A stretch of 64,000 nt of DNA. Source: Octopus vulgaris. Lineage: Eukaryota. Below, piece after piece: positions 27,251 through 40,459 of this stretch. The stretch's first letter is position 1. Each line of letters opens with the position of its first letter. Both the position numbers and the translations under genes were made by a program. The stretch is taken from contig OX597820.1 in NCBI GenBank assembly GCA_951406725.2, forward strand, positions 51,522,001-51,586,000, given 5' to 3'. The notes beneath the pieces are model-generated. The model searched no databases. It saw nothing but the letters and a program-made list of their open reading frames with translations, and was not told the DNA's origin.

Positions 27251-28162
27251 ATTAGAATATGGTCCTTTTTGGGCAGTGATGAGCTTGGAAAGCGGTGGAG
27301 TGGAAATATTGTGTAGGGCTTTACATCGTAATCCTGGGCAGGCAGACAAATGTGTACTGACCGAAGTACCTTTGAAACCTGATATTTTAATAACGATTTC
27401 CGTTAAAGGCAATGAAGAATTACATTAGTTTATTTTTACTGGTCAAACAAATGCAGTGAGATAATGAATATAAATGTAATTGTTATGAGTCTTCTCTAAG
27501 AGCTTCATTATTACAATACACTCTTCTAGAAATGGTCATGAATAATTCTGAAAGTCATGAACGCAGTTCTGTTTCCAATAACTTATAGTACACGACCATT
27601 ATCAAAATGCGAACAAACAACCAACCGATATGGTAAAAATATTTGATACATTTTACAACATAGCATATTACTGTCAACGAAAAGAGAATGACAAGCCCAA
27701 CAAAACAGTCATCGATTCGATAGCTTTGAAAGCGAGATGGTTTTTTTTTTTAATATTTGAAATCCTTTCATTACAGATAAGCTCAATTTGGACTGACCTT
27801 GGATTCAACAACATATTTTAAAATAAAATAGAAAGAATTGCATATTACATTGCCAGCTATGATGTGAACTGATTCAGAACAGGTTTCCAATAATTTAATT
27901 ACAGCGCAATAAACTGTTTTATTATTCTCATCGATTACAAAATGGCGAGCATATTTCATATTTGTTCAACTAATAATCTTTCAAGAAAAAAAAATCTGAA
28001 TGACTCCGTATTCTGTCATCAAATAGTTTTAGTGTGTATGAGTGTGTTATTAATAAATTTTAAGGGAAAAATATTGAATTACCCGTTGAAAATGTCATTG
28101 TTGCTGCACTCGCCAATGTAACTAGCTATAGCTATCTCTGTTATGTTTACTGTTGTTAAATG

Positions 28163-28177
28163 TAATGATGATGATGG

Positions 28178-28215
<38 letters not shown>
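28163..28215. repeat. (GAT)n microsatellite between a ~45-bp local duplication (28042-28085 / 28218-28260)
   Basis: gtgtgttattaataaa.tttaaggga.aaa occurs at both positions. Confidence 0.85.
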
Positions 28216-29591
28216 TGTGTGTGTGTTATTAATAAACTTTAAGGGAGAAAAATTACCAGTTTAGAGTGTTACCGCTGCTGTTTTCGTCACTGCAACCAGT
28301 TATCACTGTTATGGTTACGCTGCTGTTAATCGCAATGACGATGATGATGATGATGAGGTTAGTTGGGGGTGATTATTATTATTATTATTATTATGATGGA
28401 GGCGATGGTGGTGAGCTGACGTTGGTGGTGGCGGTGCAGCTGGCGGCGGTCTAAGCGATGTGCGAAGATGCTTAACCGATAAAAACATGTCCCCCATATT
28501 CAAAGCTCATTCTTGAATTCAAATATCATTTAATAGTTATTAGATCCACATATTATGACCAAATTATTGATATATTGACAGAAACTGTTACTGATAGCCG
28601 TTATATATAATAAAAATTCTGATGTTCTGCATATACAACTTTGGAGTTTCTAAATATACTTAGTTTGAGTTCTACGCATTTAATTTATTGCTTGCGTTGT
28701 AGCCGTAACTATTTTTGTGGTTTGCTGTCGTCATAAATCAAGTCGTTTTAGTTTTTTACTTTAAAAAAAAATACTGCTAGGATAAATATAAAACCTTTAA
28801 TGGTATTATCATAAAAAACACAAAAAACTTGTGTTTATCGGACAATTAAGTAAATAAACAATAAATCAATTTCAACGTCTAAGCTTATTTAAATTATGAT
28901 ACTCATTACCAGCCATTTTATTACTTTTATTAGCTATCTGTTAATATTTCAACCTTGTGTAGCCCGTTACCGGACATGGCGTAATAAGTGACATCGCAAA
29001 TAACAAACCAGCTTCTATAGTCCTTTGAAATGCTGAAATTTACAATCCCATCCCGCTATGATTTTCATCTAGAGAAGAAAAAAAACGATACTATCGATTT
29101 TTCTTTAAAACGATTTTGTTTTCACTATCAGTTAATATTTTTGGAAAGTAACGAGCGTTGTAGCTCAAATATAATTTTACGTAAAGTCTGAATGCTTCGT
29201 CTATATCTGAGATAAATTATTTCTTCATCACTGGTTGCTGGTTGTTCAGGCATCAAAATTAAGATAAAAATTTAAACAAAAGAGTAACTTACGTAGGTGA
29301 CAAATTTCTTAAGGCCTCGTAAAAATAAAACCCTTTTCACACAAATTTAGAGATATTGGTTTAAATATTTAGCATAATACATTTGTAATAGATGAAAATT
29401 TCCTCATATTTATTACGTTTATATATTTGTTTTGCAAAATCCTTAATGTGAGATCGTGTGTTGAAAAAGATGTTGTTGTATTTAGGAATGGTCATTTTGC
29501 CAGTTCAGCTAACAAAATCACACGCACTATATATTTGGTGTTACTTTCTTTCAGCTTTATTTATTTTTTACGTTAATCTTAATCTTATTTC

Positions 29592-29636
29592 GGCCAGAGT
29601 TCTTTCGTCGCACTTTTGTGACCTCATCAGTAGTCC
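29592..29636 (-). ncRNA. Minimal type I hammerhead ribozyme (Penelope-associated type)
   Basis: Minus strand: ggacta-CTGATGA-g-gtcac-aaaa-gtgcgac-GAAA-gaac-TC-tggcc. Core intact, stem II gtc/gac, stem I cta/tgg, predicted CUC cleavage between 29597 and 29596. Confidence 0.7.
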
Positions 29637-29918
29637 ATTGCTTTCTTCTTTCTTTTTTGTGTGTCTCTCCTTACTAACGGTCAGCCATTTTGTATTTTGT
29701 ATTCCTATTGTATGTGCCTTTATTTGCGCATGCATATACCTCTATGTGTGTCTATGTTTAGTTAGTGTGTGGTGAGATTGACTGTAATATTTGTATCTCC
29801 TGTTTATACACGTTCGTGTAATTTGTTTTGTTTATTTTGTTCATGTTTTTACACCTACTTATTATTATTAATTTTTTTTGTATACTCTGATCATTTCTTT
29901 ATGGCTGTAACCTCAGAA

Positions 29919-30545
29919 CTACATGCAGTGAACGAAATGTTGTATGTGTCTCTTTAACTCTGTAGGCTCGCACATGCGGGACACATTTCGCATTATTCTG
30001 ATGAGGTCTGCCGTCAAAATATTGAATTTGGCATTGTCCGCGATAGCTGAGCTCCGGTGAATCAAGTGTTTCGAGGCCATAGGTTTGGCATAGTATGAAT
30101 GAAAGATTCGGGTTTTATTATTCTCAGTTTCCAGCCAGATTTCGGTGTCTAGTACTGGTAGTTTATGGTTCGGGTGTTTAGTAGGGTAGTCTATCGTGAC
30201 CTTAATACTCTGGTGGATGGAGTTAGCTATTTGCTGGATGCCCTCCATTGTATTAGTTTCTATTACTATTTCAAGAGTACTCTCTTATGGGGGTGCCTTT
30301 ACCATTACGTTGATATCATCAACATAGCGAGAGCACATATTCACGAGTATGGAGTTCTGCGTCAGGCGTTCATTATGCCTTCTCTCCCACCATACCATGA
30401 AAAGGTTGGTGACATCACCGGTGATACTAACGCTGATGGCTGCCCCCTCGTCTTGGGCATATATTTTGTTGTTAAACTTAAACGTGTGGCCTTTTAGGGT
30501 AACTCTTATACTAGCTCCTAGTGTATATGCGATCATTGTCTTTAC
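29919..30545 (-). mobile_element. Penelope-like element RT fragment (one frame, one internal TAA)
   Basis: HTFKFNNKIYAQDEGAAI.VSITGDVTNLFM, SRYVDDIN, VTIDYP..HP..KLPVLD, YYAKPMASKHLIHRSSA. ORFs 30285-30536 and 29919-30248 are in frame (36-nt gap). Confidence 0.9.
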
Positions 30546-30952
30546 CTCATGTCACAGCTTTGCGATGTTCGCCTACCCTTATTGTGAGGGGGCTGCATGT
30601 TTCGCCTTTGTATAACCTACCACAGCAGCATGGGATGGAGTACACGCAGATCTTAGTCATATTCACTTCTATTGGTGGTTTTACTTGGAGATATTTGCGA
30701 AGTAATGTATTACTTTTGAATAATATCCTGATGTCATATGGGACACATATCTTTTGTATCATTTCCGGAGGCCTTTCAAATATCGTACACAGACTGTAGA
30801 CAGTTTATCGGTTTCATGCTCTCATTTCTTCATAATTGGAGTGGAGAGTATACCTTTGGGGTAGTTGTTATTTAATAGATTGTTACAGAGCTTGATCATT
30901 TATTTGTAGTTGGTATCATGATAGCTACTTATATTCATTGCTCGGCGTTTTA
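30546..30952 (-). mobile_element. Penelope/Poseidon-type thumb-linker-GIY-YIG endonuclease fragment
   Basis: KRRAMNISS...LLNNNYPK...YLKGL.EMIQKIC..YDI..LFKSN..LRKYL.VKP...CVYSIPCCCGRLYKGETCSPLTIRVGEHRKAV. Confidence 0.88.
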
Positions 30953-31066
30953 GTCACTGAGCAACTCCTTTCTTTACACCATCAATCAAGTACCTGAGTG
31001 AATAGAGATGACTGCACCCTTCCTCTAACATTACAGGCTTTGTGCCAAAATTGGAATCAGCAAAGT

Positions 31067-31134
<68 letters not shown>
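31067..31134. repeat. (CTA)n microsatellite
   Basis: Direct reading. Confidence 0.97.
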
Positions 31135-31176
31135 GTTATTATTATTATTATCATCATTATTATTTCGGTATCTGTA

Positions 31177-31660
31177 GGGCGGCGAGCTGGGTGAATCGTT
31201 AGCTCGCCGGGCAAAATGCTTAGCGTCATTTCGACTGTCTTTATGTTCTGAGTTCAAATTCCGCCAAGATCGATTTTGACTTTCCTCCTTCAAAATATGA
31301 TAAAAATGTAGTAGTTGAATCGTAAGATCACTGTAATCAACTGTATTCATCACCAGAAATTGCTTCCCTTCTTCCAAATTTGAAACCAGTGTTATTTCAG
31401 TCAAATACTGGAATTTATATACTGGTCTAGCCCCTTTCCACGCGAAACTTTGACTTTGTGCCAATAGCACAATTAATTACTATTTCGTTGTCGATCTCGC
31501 AAAATCGTTAGCGAACACACCAAAATGTTTAGCAGCATTTCGTCCGACTTAACCATCTGATTTCAAATTCCGTCGATAAAATAATTTGCAGCAAAATATG
31601 AAGTTGCTGTAAATGACTCGCCTCCACCCCAAAATTTGAGACCTAGTGCCTATAGCAAAA
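31177..31660 (+). mobile_element. Two SINE family A copies (31177-31395; ~31490-31660)
   Basis: ggcggcgagctgg..gaatcgttagc.cgccgggcaaaatgcttagc...gttctgagttcaaattccgcc, plus a second more decayed copy. Confidence 0.8.
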
Positions 31661-32621
31661 ATGAATTATTAGTTCAGTTTATATCTTTATATATATACCA
31701 TCGATTTCGGCGTGTATCCCTGGATCAATAAAATATCATCAGCTAAGTATTAAAGATCGATACCATCGATAGTCATCTGCGTGGAAATGTGGAGCAGCGT
31801 GTCAATACAGGAAATGTCAAAATCTCAATTATCATTATCAGTGTAGTTGTTGTTGACGATGATGGTTTTGTTGTATTGTTGTTGACTTTGCCTTTTTCTT
31901 GTATGTTTGCTCTGTCTCTTTCCTCATCTCATGCCTTGATTGCAGGATAAGAAGAATCGCTAGTGATCCAATAAAATATCTTGAACTGCTTAAATGCTCT
32001 TTACATTCGAAATTCAAATCTCATCTGTGCTACCATTGCCTTTCTTTTCTTTCAGGTTCCATAAGATATATAGTAATAGTAATGAAAATCTTAGGACGAT
32101 ATAATGGTGTGCTATATGGATCAAAAGCTTACCAAAAAAAATGTTTAGAATTTATTTATATATACATATGTATTTTTCAGAACCGTATAAAATTAAGGCA
32201 TTGCGCACCAAATGGCTTTTCTTATATACAAGCGGGATTAAAGAAACTCTTAGAAGAGTGAAGGGAATAGTTGACGTCATTTATTTATTACTGCTTTGTG
32301 TCTACTTGCATCAAGAAGTAACTGGTACCATTGCAGCATATATATTTTCGCTCGTTGAAGAATTGACACAGCCACCTGTTAAAATGTCAATCTGCTGCAA
32401 ACACCATCAACATCAGTATTGCTTCGAGAATGTTATGTTTGATTAAGAATAACTGACAGGAGCTATTTTCTCGATATTTTTATAACAAAGAATGTGCTAG
32501 GCAGTGAGGAAATATGTAGACTCATTGCACGGTCTACATTTGATTTCAATTATTTTCTTTAATAATGTATTTCTTTTATTTTTGAATTCCTAAAACTCGA
32601 CATTGTGCAAATATAAATCTG

Positions 32622-32702
<81 letters not shown>
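32622..32702. repeat. (CTA)n microsatellite
   Basis: Direct reading. Confidence 0.97.
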
Positions 32703-33619
32703 AACGACGACGAGATACATTAACTCTACCCTTCGATTCACTAATTTTTCTTGATTATTATGTTGCAAGTGTGACTAATTTATAATTTCATTTCTTTGAG
32801 TGCAAGAAGTGGCATTGATCATGACGCTTGCATTCCTGCCAAATCCGCTGTACCTGATGCTATTAATGTTACATTTAAATTATTAGGATTTTTTTTTCTG
32901 TTTGATTGCCACTTTTCAATTTCTTCAATTGTTCTTCCAATTAATTTCGTATTTGGTGTGTCGATGTAGTCTCCTATGTTAATCATTGGCATTAAATTCA
33001 TTCTCACCATAAATCAATGAATAAAGAGTAAACAGACTTTAAAATTTTGGATAATTTTAACCAAAAGAAAGCCACAGACATATAGGCGTCTGTTTCCATA
33101 GTAACAACCAAAACTTTTACCAAGCTACTTACCAACGTGATCATATCCACTTATTAAATGCTTAAATTGCATGAAGTATGAGGTGGTCTATTTAGCTAAT
33201 AATGCCTTAAATCACGCACCAATTTTGTTTCTCTTTTTGGCTCTTTTTGCGTTTGCTTTTGCTTTTTGCATAATCTTTTAAAATTTCGTGTTTAGAATAC
33301 AAATTTTCAAACATTTTCTGAAAAATTCCCCCCAAACTAAAGGGTTTATGAGGGGTTCTAAGGCGTGCGTAAAGCAGATTTTTGACAATATTTAATTTGT
33401 TTACAGTTGACAACACGTGAAGTCACGCACAAAATTTCAGTTTCGAAATTGCGTTTTCTGACTAGGTAAGATTTATCACTTCAAACTTCTCTAACTTTTT
33501 AAAAAATTTTCTGGAAAATATGAATTATCCACTGAGATTCAATGTATAAAATTACACCAATATACCAAATTTTGAAATTTTACCACAGATGCAGCCAAAC
33601 AGAAAAGATCCGATTATTA

Positions 33620-34130
33620 TACAGGTCATCACTTGTAGGATAGACACGAAGAGGGAAAAGAGTCAAGAGCGTTGGCGTTGTAAGGAAGAAAGTTTAAGCA
33701 ATAATGTTGGTTAATGCAGTGTCGAAGAGTTTGAAGCAACCCAGAGTAATGAGAACAGGAAAGAAATTCGGTGAGGCGCACAAAGTAGAGGAGTTACGAA
33801 GCCAACCGTCATATGAGCCCAGTTCATTATAATAGCAACATAACGGACACAGACACAAGACAGCACGTCTGTAACCCAGAATAATTATATAATTTCAATT
33901 AGTCGAAAAACCGATCTTTAGATAGAGTACACCAGCAGTGACCCAGTTTTAGGAACGGTACTACGTTTTGTACACTCCAAGGTTTTCAGGAGATGAAATA
34001 TGTTCTCCTCCTGGATAGAAAAGCTAGTCTTGAGGACGCTGTCCTAGCTAGGCTGAGGATATTTACGCCACGACAGATCAGTTTCCGTGAGGGCCAAATG
34101 TAGATGCCGTGTATGTTTAGAGAGTTTATT
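33620..34130 (-). mobile_element. Degraded CR1/L2-group LINE 3' relic
   Basis: Minus strand ends with an FF..T..L..S.P..V.P...DL-like stretch, preceded by RR.V..L...Y.YY remnants. Confidence 0.4.
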
Positions 34131-34166
34131 CTGCGGGTTTTATTACCAGCATATCAGCACTATCAA

Positions 34167-34167
<1 letters not shown>

Positions 34168-34241
<74 letters not shown>

Positions 34242-34257
34242 CAGCAGCAGTAGTAGC

Positions 34258-34352
<95 letters not shown>

Positions 34353-34359
34353 CAGCAGC

Positions 34360-34433
<74 letters not shown>

Positions 34434-34490
34434 CAGCAGCAATAGTGACAGCAACGTTAGTGAAGAGTAGCAATAATAGTATTAGTAGTT

Positions 34491-34569
<79 letters not shown>

Positions 34570-34588
34570 AAGCAGCAGCAGCAGCAGT
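34168..34588. repeat. Long (TAG)n microsatellite with CAG interruptions
   Basis: Direct reading; two tracts, 34168-34431 and ~34490-34570. Confidence 0.97.
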
Positions 34589-35092
34589 CACCAAGATGAA
34601 ACCTGTTGGAGAATGGATAGAGAGCTGTCAACAATGGATAAATTTCAGTGTGTAATGTCTGCATTTCTGTTTTTTTGGTATTTGTGATGCTCCCAAAATG
34701 GTCGTTACTACTTTCCCTGTCACAGTTGTTACTGTGTATGTCTTTTTATATATTTAAATGACAATATTGTTTTTTTACCTCCTTTTTTTGTTGATTGTTT
34801 ACATTATTACGTTACTGTGGTTTTAGTTGAAACCGATATATATGTTGCTCTTAATAGAGCAACTGTTCTTGAGGTTCATTTAGAATGAATATTGTTGAAA
34901 TTCTTGTTATATTCGACCGAAATTACTATTGCTGCTGCTGTCAACACAAATGTTTGTTTCCTTGTTTCTACTTTCTCGAAATGATATCTCAAGTGTTGCT
35001 GGTTAAGAAAGAGGCCGTGAGTGATATTGCACAAAACGTTCTCTATTTTGCGTATGTGTTCACTCGCTAGGTTGCTTAGTGTGAAATCAGAT

Positions 35093-35164
<72 letters not shown>

Positions 35165-35334
35165 ATATATATTTGTTTATTTTATTATCTACTAAGGCAT
35201 TTCAACAGAAATCATTTCATATAATGCATACATTATTTAATCACATCGTCATTGACGTATCCAGGATTTTATGGGGGATTTGGCTCCAAAAATATACGCC
35301 CTCATTGAAATTGTCTGACATCGGTTAATCAAGC

Positions 35335-36350
35335 CTGTATTTGCCTCCACAATAAAGCACTTCTTTTCAGCCAGAGCCATCTAGATGCTTTCTCAGCCGC
35401 CTCTAGGCTTTTTCTTGATGACTTTACCTTTGTTCACATCTTCATGCTCCATGTTCCATAGGTCTTATTCTGGGTATGTCCAGCGAACCATCGATTGCCA
35501 TATCCACTGGCAAACATTTCGTTCTCCATCTGTTCTTTTGATTGTCTGTAGCTGATACTCTTGAACTCACTTTCTCTCTGGAACATCCTCCATCCTCTCC
35601 TTATCAGGCCACAGTTATCTCTGATATGATTAGTAGTATTATTATCTAAACACACCAAGATGACATTCGGTCACAACATAGCTTGTGTTTAATGTAATGG
35701 AAATGTTAGCTGTTTCCCCAGATCACCTGACATCACCCAGTATTGTGCTGTGGAAATTAAACAATCGGAGACGTCCACGGATATCTTCCTTTGATTGCTC
35801 TCTACCGTTACAAAGGTTATCATTCTCGCTGTAGTTTCTTTCCTTTCTGATGTCACTGATCCCATTGCACATTACATTAGTGATACTCCTGACAAATTTT
35901 GCGGTCTCCAGCAATAGCGTCTGTAGCAACTGCTTTGAAGGCAACTCGATAATTTCAGTCTGAGTAAACAAGGTTTATGCGGGAGTATTTATTAACTTAC
36001 ATATAACCTAGTTGGAGTGTGGTGAGGACCTCATAGAACAACTGCTACAAGTACTGCATCAGCTTTTGATCATTTGATTATTAGATTCTTACCAGGACAC
36101 ATATTGCAACATTTCCTCTCGTACTTCATTCAAACTCCCTAAATATGCATCACTAACATTCTGATGCTGTGCGCTTTCTTCAATGATGTTTTCGCAAGCA
36201 TTTCGCAAGCATTTCTGCCTCTCCTTCAGCTGCCCATAACCTAGTGTGTACTTGTAGCTCTTTCCAATCCAGCAGTACATGTGACAAAGAATGGCGTTGT
36301 GCTTTAGCGGTTCTACTGGATATCGGATTAACTTAGTTCGCAAAATGACA
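35335..36350 (-). mobile_element. HERO-like RLE non-LTR retrotransposon relic (second, different copy)
   Basis: Minus strand: RRYCWR, then W.M..DL.KQL.FP.HI...L.P.VIL, ITV, ERK, CLPVD.G.RWFAG and terminal EAAEKASRWLWLKR. Confidence 0.8.
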
Positions 36351-37022
36351 TGTTAGATACAGATATTGACCTAGGGATCGTAGTTGTGGAAATGTGATCA
36401 CTAAGAATTATTGTTGCAGTTGTTCTTGCAGTTGCTATAAACACTGATATTGCAGTGGTTGTTGCCGATGGAGAATTTATTGCTCTAGTTGATGTTTGTT
36501 TTAACTGTTGTTGTCGTCATATACAATGATTCATAGACGAGACATAAACAATAATTAAGCTGTTTCCTTTGATACTCCTTATGAATCCCATGTCATTTGT
36601 TATGACAGCTGCACCCAATTCACCCTCATAGCCTGCACATGAATTTCAGTCACTTTTGATGCACAGATCATATTTAGCTAGAATATATATTTATAAATTT
36701 GTAAACAAACCCGACGGCTGTAATATACGGAGAAGAGCGACATATATAGGTCATTTTAATAATGGATGGGCTATGTATGTGGGGTATACGACTGAACACA
36801 GTGCAGGCGGAGCCGTGTAAGCATAGACTACTTGTTAAATTCCCAGGGGTAAAGCCCTTCTGTTTAAGTCATTTGTTTACGTTTAGTCGCTTTAAATGCA
36901 GCATACATTATTACTAATAATATATAATTATGGTTATTATTAAAAGGGCATGTGTGTGTGTTCTCCGTAATTTACAGTCTTCAGGTTTGTTTGTAAATTT
37001 ATATGCGTATGTATATATGTGT

Positions 37023-37026
<4 letters not shown>

Positions 37027-37093
<67 letters not shown>

Positions 37094-37170
37094 TATATAT
37101 ATACATATATATGTGTGTGTGTGTGTATGTACATATATACATACGTGTGTGCGTGTGTGTGTGTGTGGGT
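37027..37170. repeat. (TA)n/(TG)n microsatellites
   Basis: Direct reading. Confidence 0.95.
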
Positions 37171-37547
37171 GTATGTTATTTCAGGTACATAGTAATTAAA
37201 ATGAGAAATACTGTTAGTGTCTTTTCATAGAGACATGCGTGCCTTGCGACGCCATAAAAATTTCATACCCGGTGAACATGGGTAGTTACAAAACAAACAA
37301 GAAATTTGATATATTATAATCCACAAGCAAAAGGTGGATGCAAAAAGTGGAATGAGAATATAAGAGGTGAATAAAAACGGAGTCAGATAAGAAAAGCAGA
37401 AAGGAAATTAAGTTACTCTTCTTTGATCGTAGAAATCACAAATAATTAAGCTGCTGTGGAACAAGTCAAAAGCGAGGATTTCAAAAGCCAGTGAGACAAC
37501 TGCTTAATCTGGAGTGGGTGGTGTTCTGCAGTTCAATAAAAGAAATT

Positions 37548-37663
37548 TGAGACCGATAGAATAAACACTAGGCTTACAAAGAATTAGTCCTGGGGTCAAC
37601 TTGCTCGACTAAAAAAGGCAGTGCTCCAGCATGACCACAGTCAAATGACTGAAACAAGTAAAA
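37548..37663 (+). mobile_element. SINE family B 3' part
   Basis: gagaccgatagaata...ctaggcttacaaagaattagtcctggggtcaacttgctcgact...gtgctccagcatgaccacagtcaaatgactgaaacaagtaaaag. Confidence 0.85.
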
Positions 37664-37899
37664 GTGTGTGCTTGCATTTGCTGAAAATTTCGCGTGTTGA
37701 AGTAAATAGTGTGGTGGAATCCTTGGATGTTAAAGAATGAACGATTTATGGAGATTCTAAGAAAAGTGCGTCTATTTATTTCACCTATCGACCAACATAA
37801 ATAATAGACTAAGGGTATTTCTACTTGTTATATCTATGGCACTGATTTCACTTTCGGAAGCGAAAGCAAATTTTCTGAAGCAGCCATTTCTGCTGCAAT

Positions 37900-38940
37900 C
37901 AATTAAGTTTGTGAGCTATATATTATCCATTTTTCAACGTCTATGCACTTTTCAGTGAGTTCAGATGTTGAACTGATTACATTTATTATATAATTTTTTT
38001 TTTTGACTTAAAGTAAATTGCGTGCTTTTAATAGTAACTTAGGCATATGTTTTTGACCCTATGGTCACTTATATAGTCTGGCTGAATCCATAAAATATAG
38101 TTTTTGCGTTATGAAGCCGAATGTCATCTCTAGTAAATTACTTTGTGTCTTTCATATAGACGACATGTCTTATAATATATATCCATAACATTTTTGACCA
38201 TACGTGATAAAATACACCAGATGTCGAATATCTTTTTTGTTAAGTCAGTGCTTTACAGGCATTTCCTGCAAAAGCAGCACTCATTATAATCCCATCCTCT
38301 TTGTGCTGCGATGTTATGGCTGTTTTCCTTTTTATACATCATTGATTACATACTTGATTATTTTATATATGTGATAAGTTTCCAGAGGTGTATATGACAT
38401 TTCTCAAACGCATTTCATTAATGAAACAACGCCACGGCCGTTTTTCTGGCTTCGATAACTGCCTTATTTCCCATTAGCTGCTATTTAAAACCACCTATAC
38501 GGCCACCGACAAATGTGAATGTTTAGAATGATGTACGCAAACAATATATAATTCTCTGAATGGTTTTTGAATAATACTATAGCTTTACCCAGTTGTAACG
38601 GAATGTATTAATCCTGGACTACGAAGTAATCTACGATTGGTTTTTCATCACAGATTTGTACGTGAAATATATCTCATTTAGAAACAGAGATATTTATTAA
38701 GAATATGTTTGCTATACACTTATTCAATTGTTGATTCTTCTCTTGTATCAATGTATCCGATCCTCAGCATTATGAAAACATTTCCTTACGCACGATTCCT
38801 AGAATCTTTGGTGTTAGATGCTGCTTCTTTACTGACCGAAGCTTAGGCATTTGGTGGAACGACATCAAATATTGCATGAAGCAATACTTGGAAGGAAAGG
38901 TGGGAGCATGGAAGGACAAACTGCTCTCGTAGACAATTTT
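37900..38940 (-). mobile_element. Possible piggyBac-like transposase relic
   Basis: IVYESSLSF...CFMQYL..PK resembles VDExMxxF..F.QY.P.KP; a D..KRYST....W-like stretch lies near 38200-38250. Confidence 0.28.
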
Positions 38941-38993
38941 ATAACGTAATACATATATATGAAGTTTATATATATATGTATGTATATACATAC

Positions 38994-39025
<32 letters not shown>

Positions 39026-39039
39026 GTATGTGTGTGTGT

Positions 39040-39111
39040 ATATATAGGTTGTCAAGCGATGTTGAGGGGACAAACAGAGGTATACAAGCACATATGCACA
39101 CATGTATATAC

Positions 39112-39171
<60 letters not shown>

Positions 39172-39390
39172 ATATATAGGTTGTCAAGCGATGTTGAGGA
39201 GACAAACACAGGTATACAAGCATATATGCACACATACATATATACATATATACGACGGGCTTCTTTCAGTTTCCGTCAACAAAATCCACTCACAAGGCTT
39301 TATTCGGGCCGATGCTATAGTAGAAGACACTTGCCCAAGGTACCACGCATTGGAACTGAACTCGTAACCATGTGGTTGGTAAGCAAGCTA
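39040..39390 (-). mobile_element. SINE family B 5' part with internal ~130-bp duplication
   Basis: gacgggcttctttcagtttccgtc...cacttgcccaaggtacca...aaccatgtggttggtaagcaagct; ggttgtcaagcgatgttgagg.gacaaaca occurs twice (39047, 39179). Confidence 0.88.
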
Positions 39391-39580
39391 AGCTTAAACA
39401 CCTCATTAAGAGATAATAATATCCAATGAAGTTATTGGTTTATTACCTATTATTTATTTGGAATCTTAGTTTAGAATAATAAAGTAATTAAATAAACCGA
39501 GATTAGTATTTAAGAAAAATAAGAAAATAGAGATAAATCAATTAATAGTTATATTTATCAATTACAAATATAGACATAAT

Positions 39581-39660
39581 CGCTGACAGCTGTTTCGGTT
39601 CAAACTTTAGAAATTAATTAAAATAATTAAATCATTATAAAATTGAACTTCGTCGAAGGT
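39581..39660 (-). ncRNA. Degenerate minimal hammerhead ribozyme
   Basis: Minus strand: ct-TCGACGA-agttcaa...ttgaacc-GAAA-cagctg-TC-agcg. Palindromic stem III acagctgt; the core has two substitutions relative to CTGANGA. Confidence 0.5.
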
Positions 39661-40408
39661 AGAAAAATGATATGCCATTAATTTTTTAATATTTTTGTGC
39701 TTTAAGTGTACGGAGCATACCTAAGTGTACGGAGCATACCAGTTTACTGAGTATTATTTTATAGGAAAATATGGTATAAACCTTATAAAGTAGGGAAAGG
39801 CAGTATGTTTAGAAAGTATAAACATAATATAAAATGCATTGGGAAAACATTGCAAGTATAAAAAAAGAAAACATATAGCAATAAACTGTATAGTTAAACC
39901 ATATATTTAAGTATCAAATAAATGGATAGGTAAATGAATTTATAAGAATTTAAGCAATATAATATATTCTGGGTAGTCATTAAAATTATAGAAATGTATA
40001 TGTAGCAATTAAAATTTTAATTGACCTTTTAATTATTATAAATTCATTATTAGGGGAAAGATATTTATAATAATTTATAAAAATTTAAGTAATAAGGGTG
40101 TATATATATGTAAATGAAATAAATATAAAATGAGTAATTATAATAGGTAAACATATATGTATATTTTTGAATGTAAGTATACGATAAATACTATTTATAA
40201 TATACGTAATAATACGACAAAAATGCAATAAAAGTTATATAAAAAAATTATATAGAATCAAAATAAACGGCCATGCTAATAAGCACCTATTGAGCGAATA
40301 TATACATATAATTACACGCTGATATGAAATAATAAATGTAATTATCTATGGGTAAACAGATGCTAAAAATTATGTAAAATTATATATAAAGATTTACAAT
40401 GACATAAA

Positions 40409-40459
<51 letters not shown>

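Noticed and set aside
30285-30549. Selenocysteine read-through or true N-terminal-EN Naiad element
   Set aside because: The in-frame RT stop is TAA, not TGA; the EN has its own upstream thumb region and there is no CxC linker or RT N-terminus.
33050-33620. Possible non-autonomous DNA transposon or Helitron-like segment
   Set aside because: Motif flavour only; no termini, TSD or second copy visible.
34087-34687. Poly-Ser/Thr/Leu ORFs as mucin-like or structural proteins
   Set aside because: Pure (TAG)n microsatellite open in several frames, with no codon variation.
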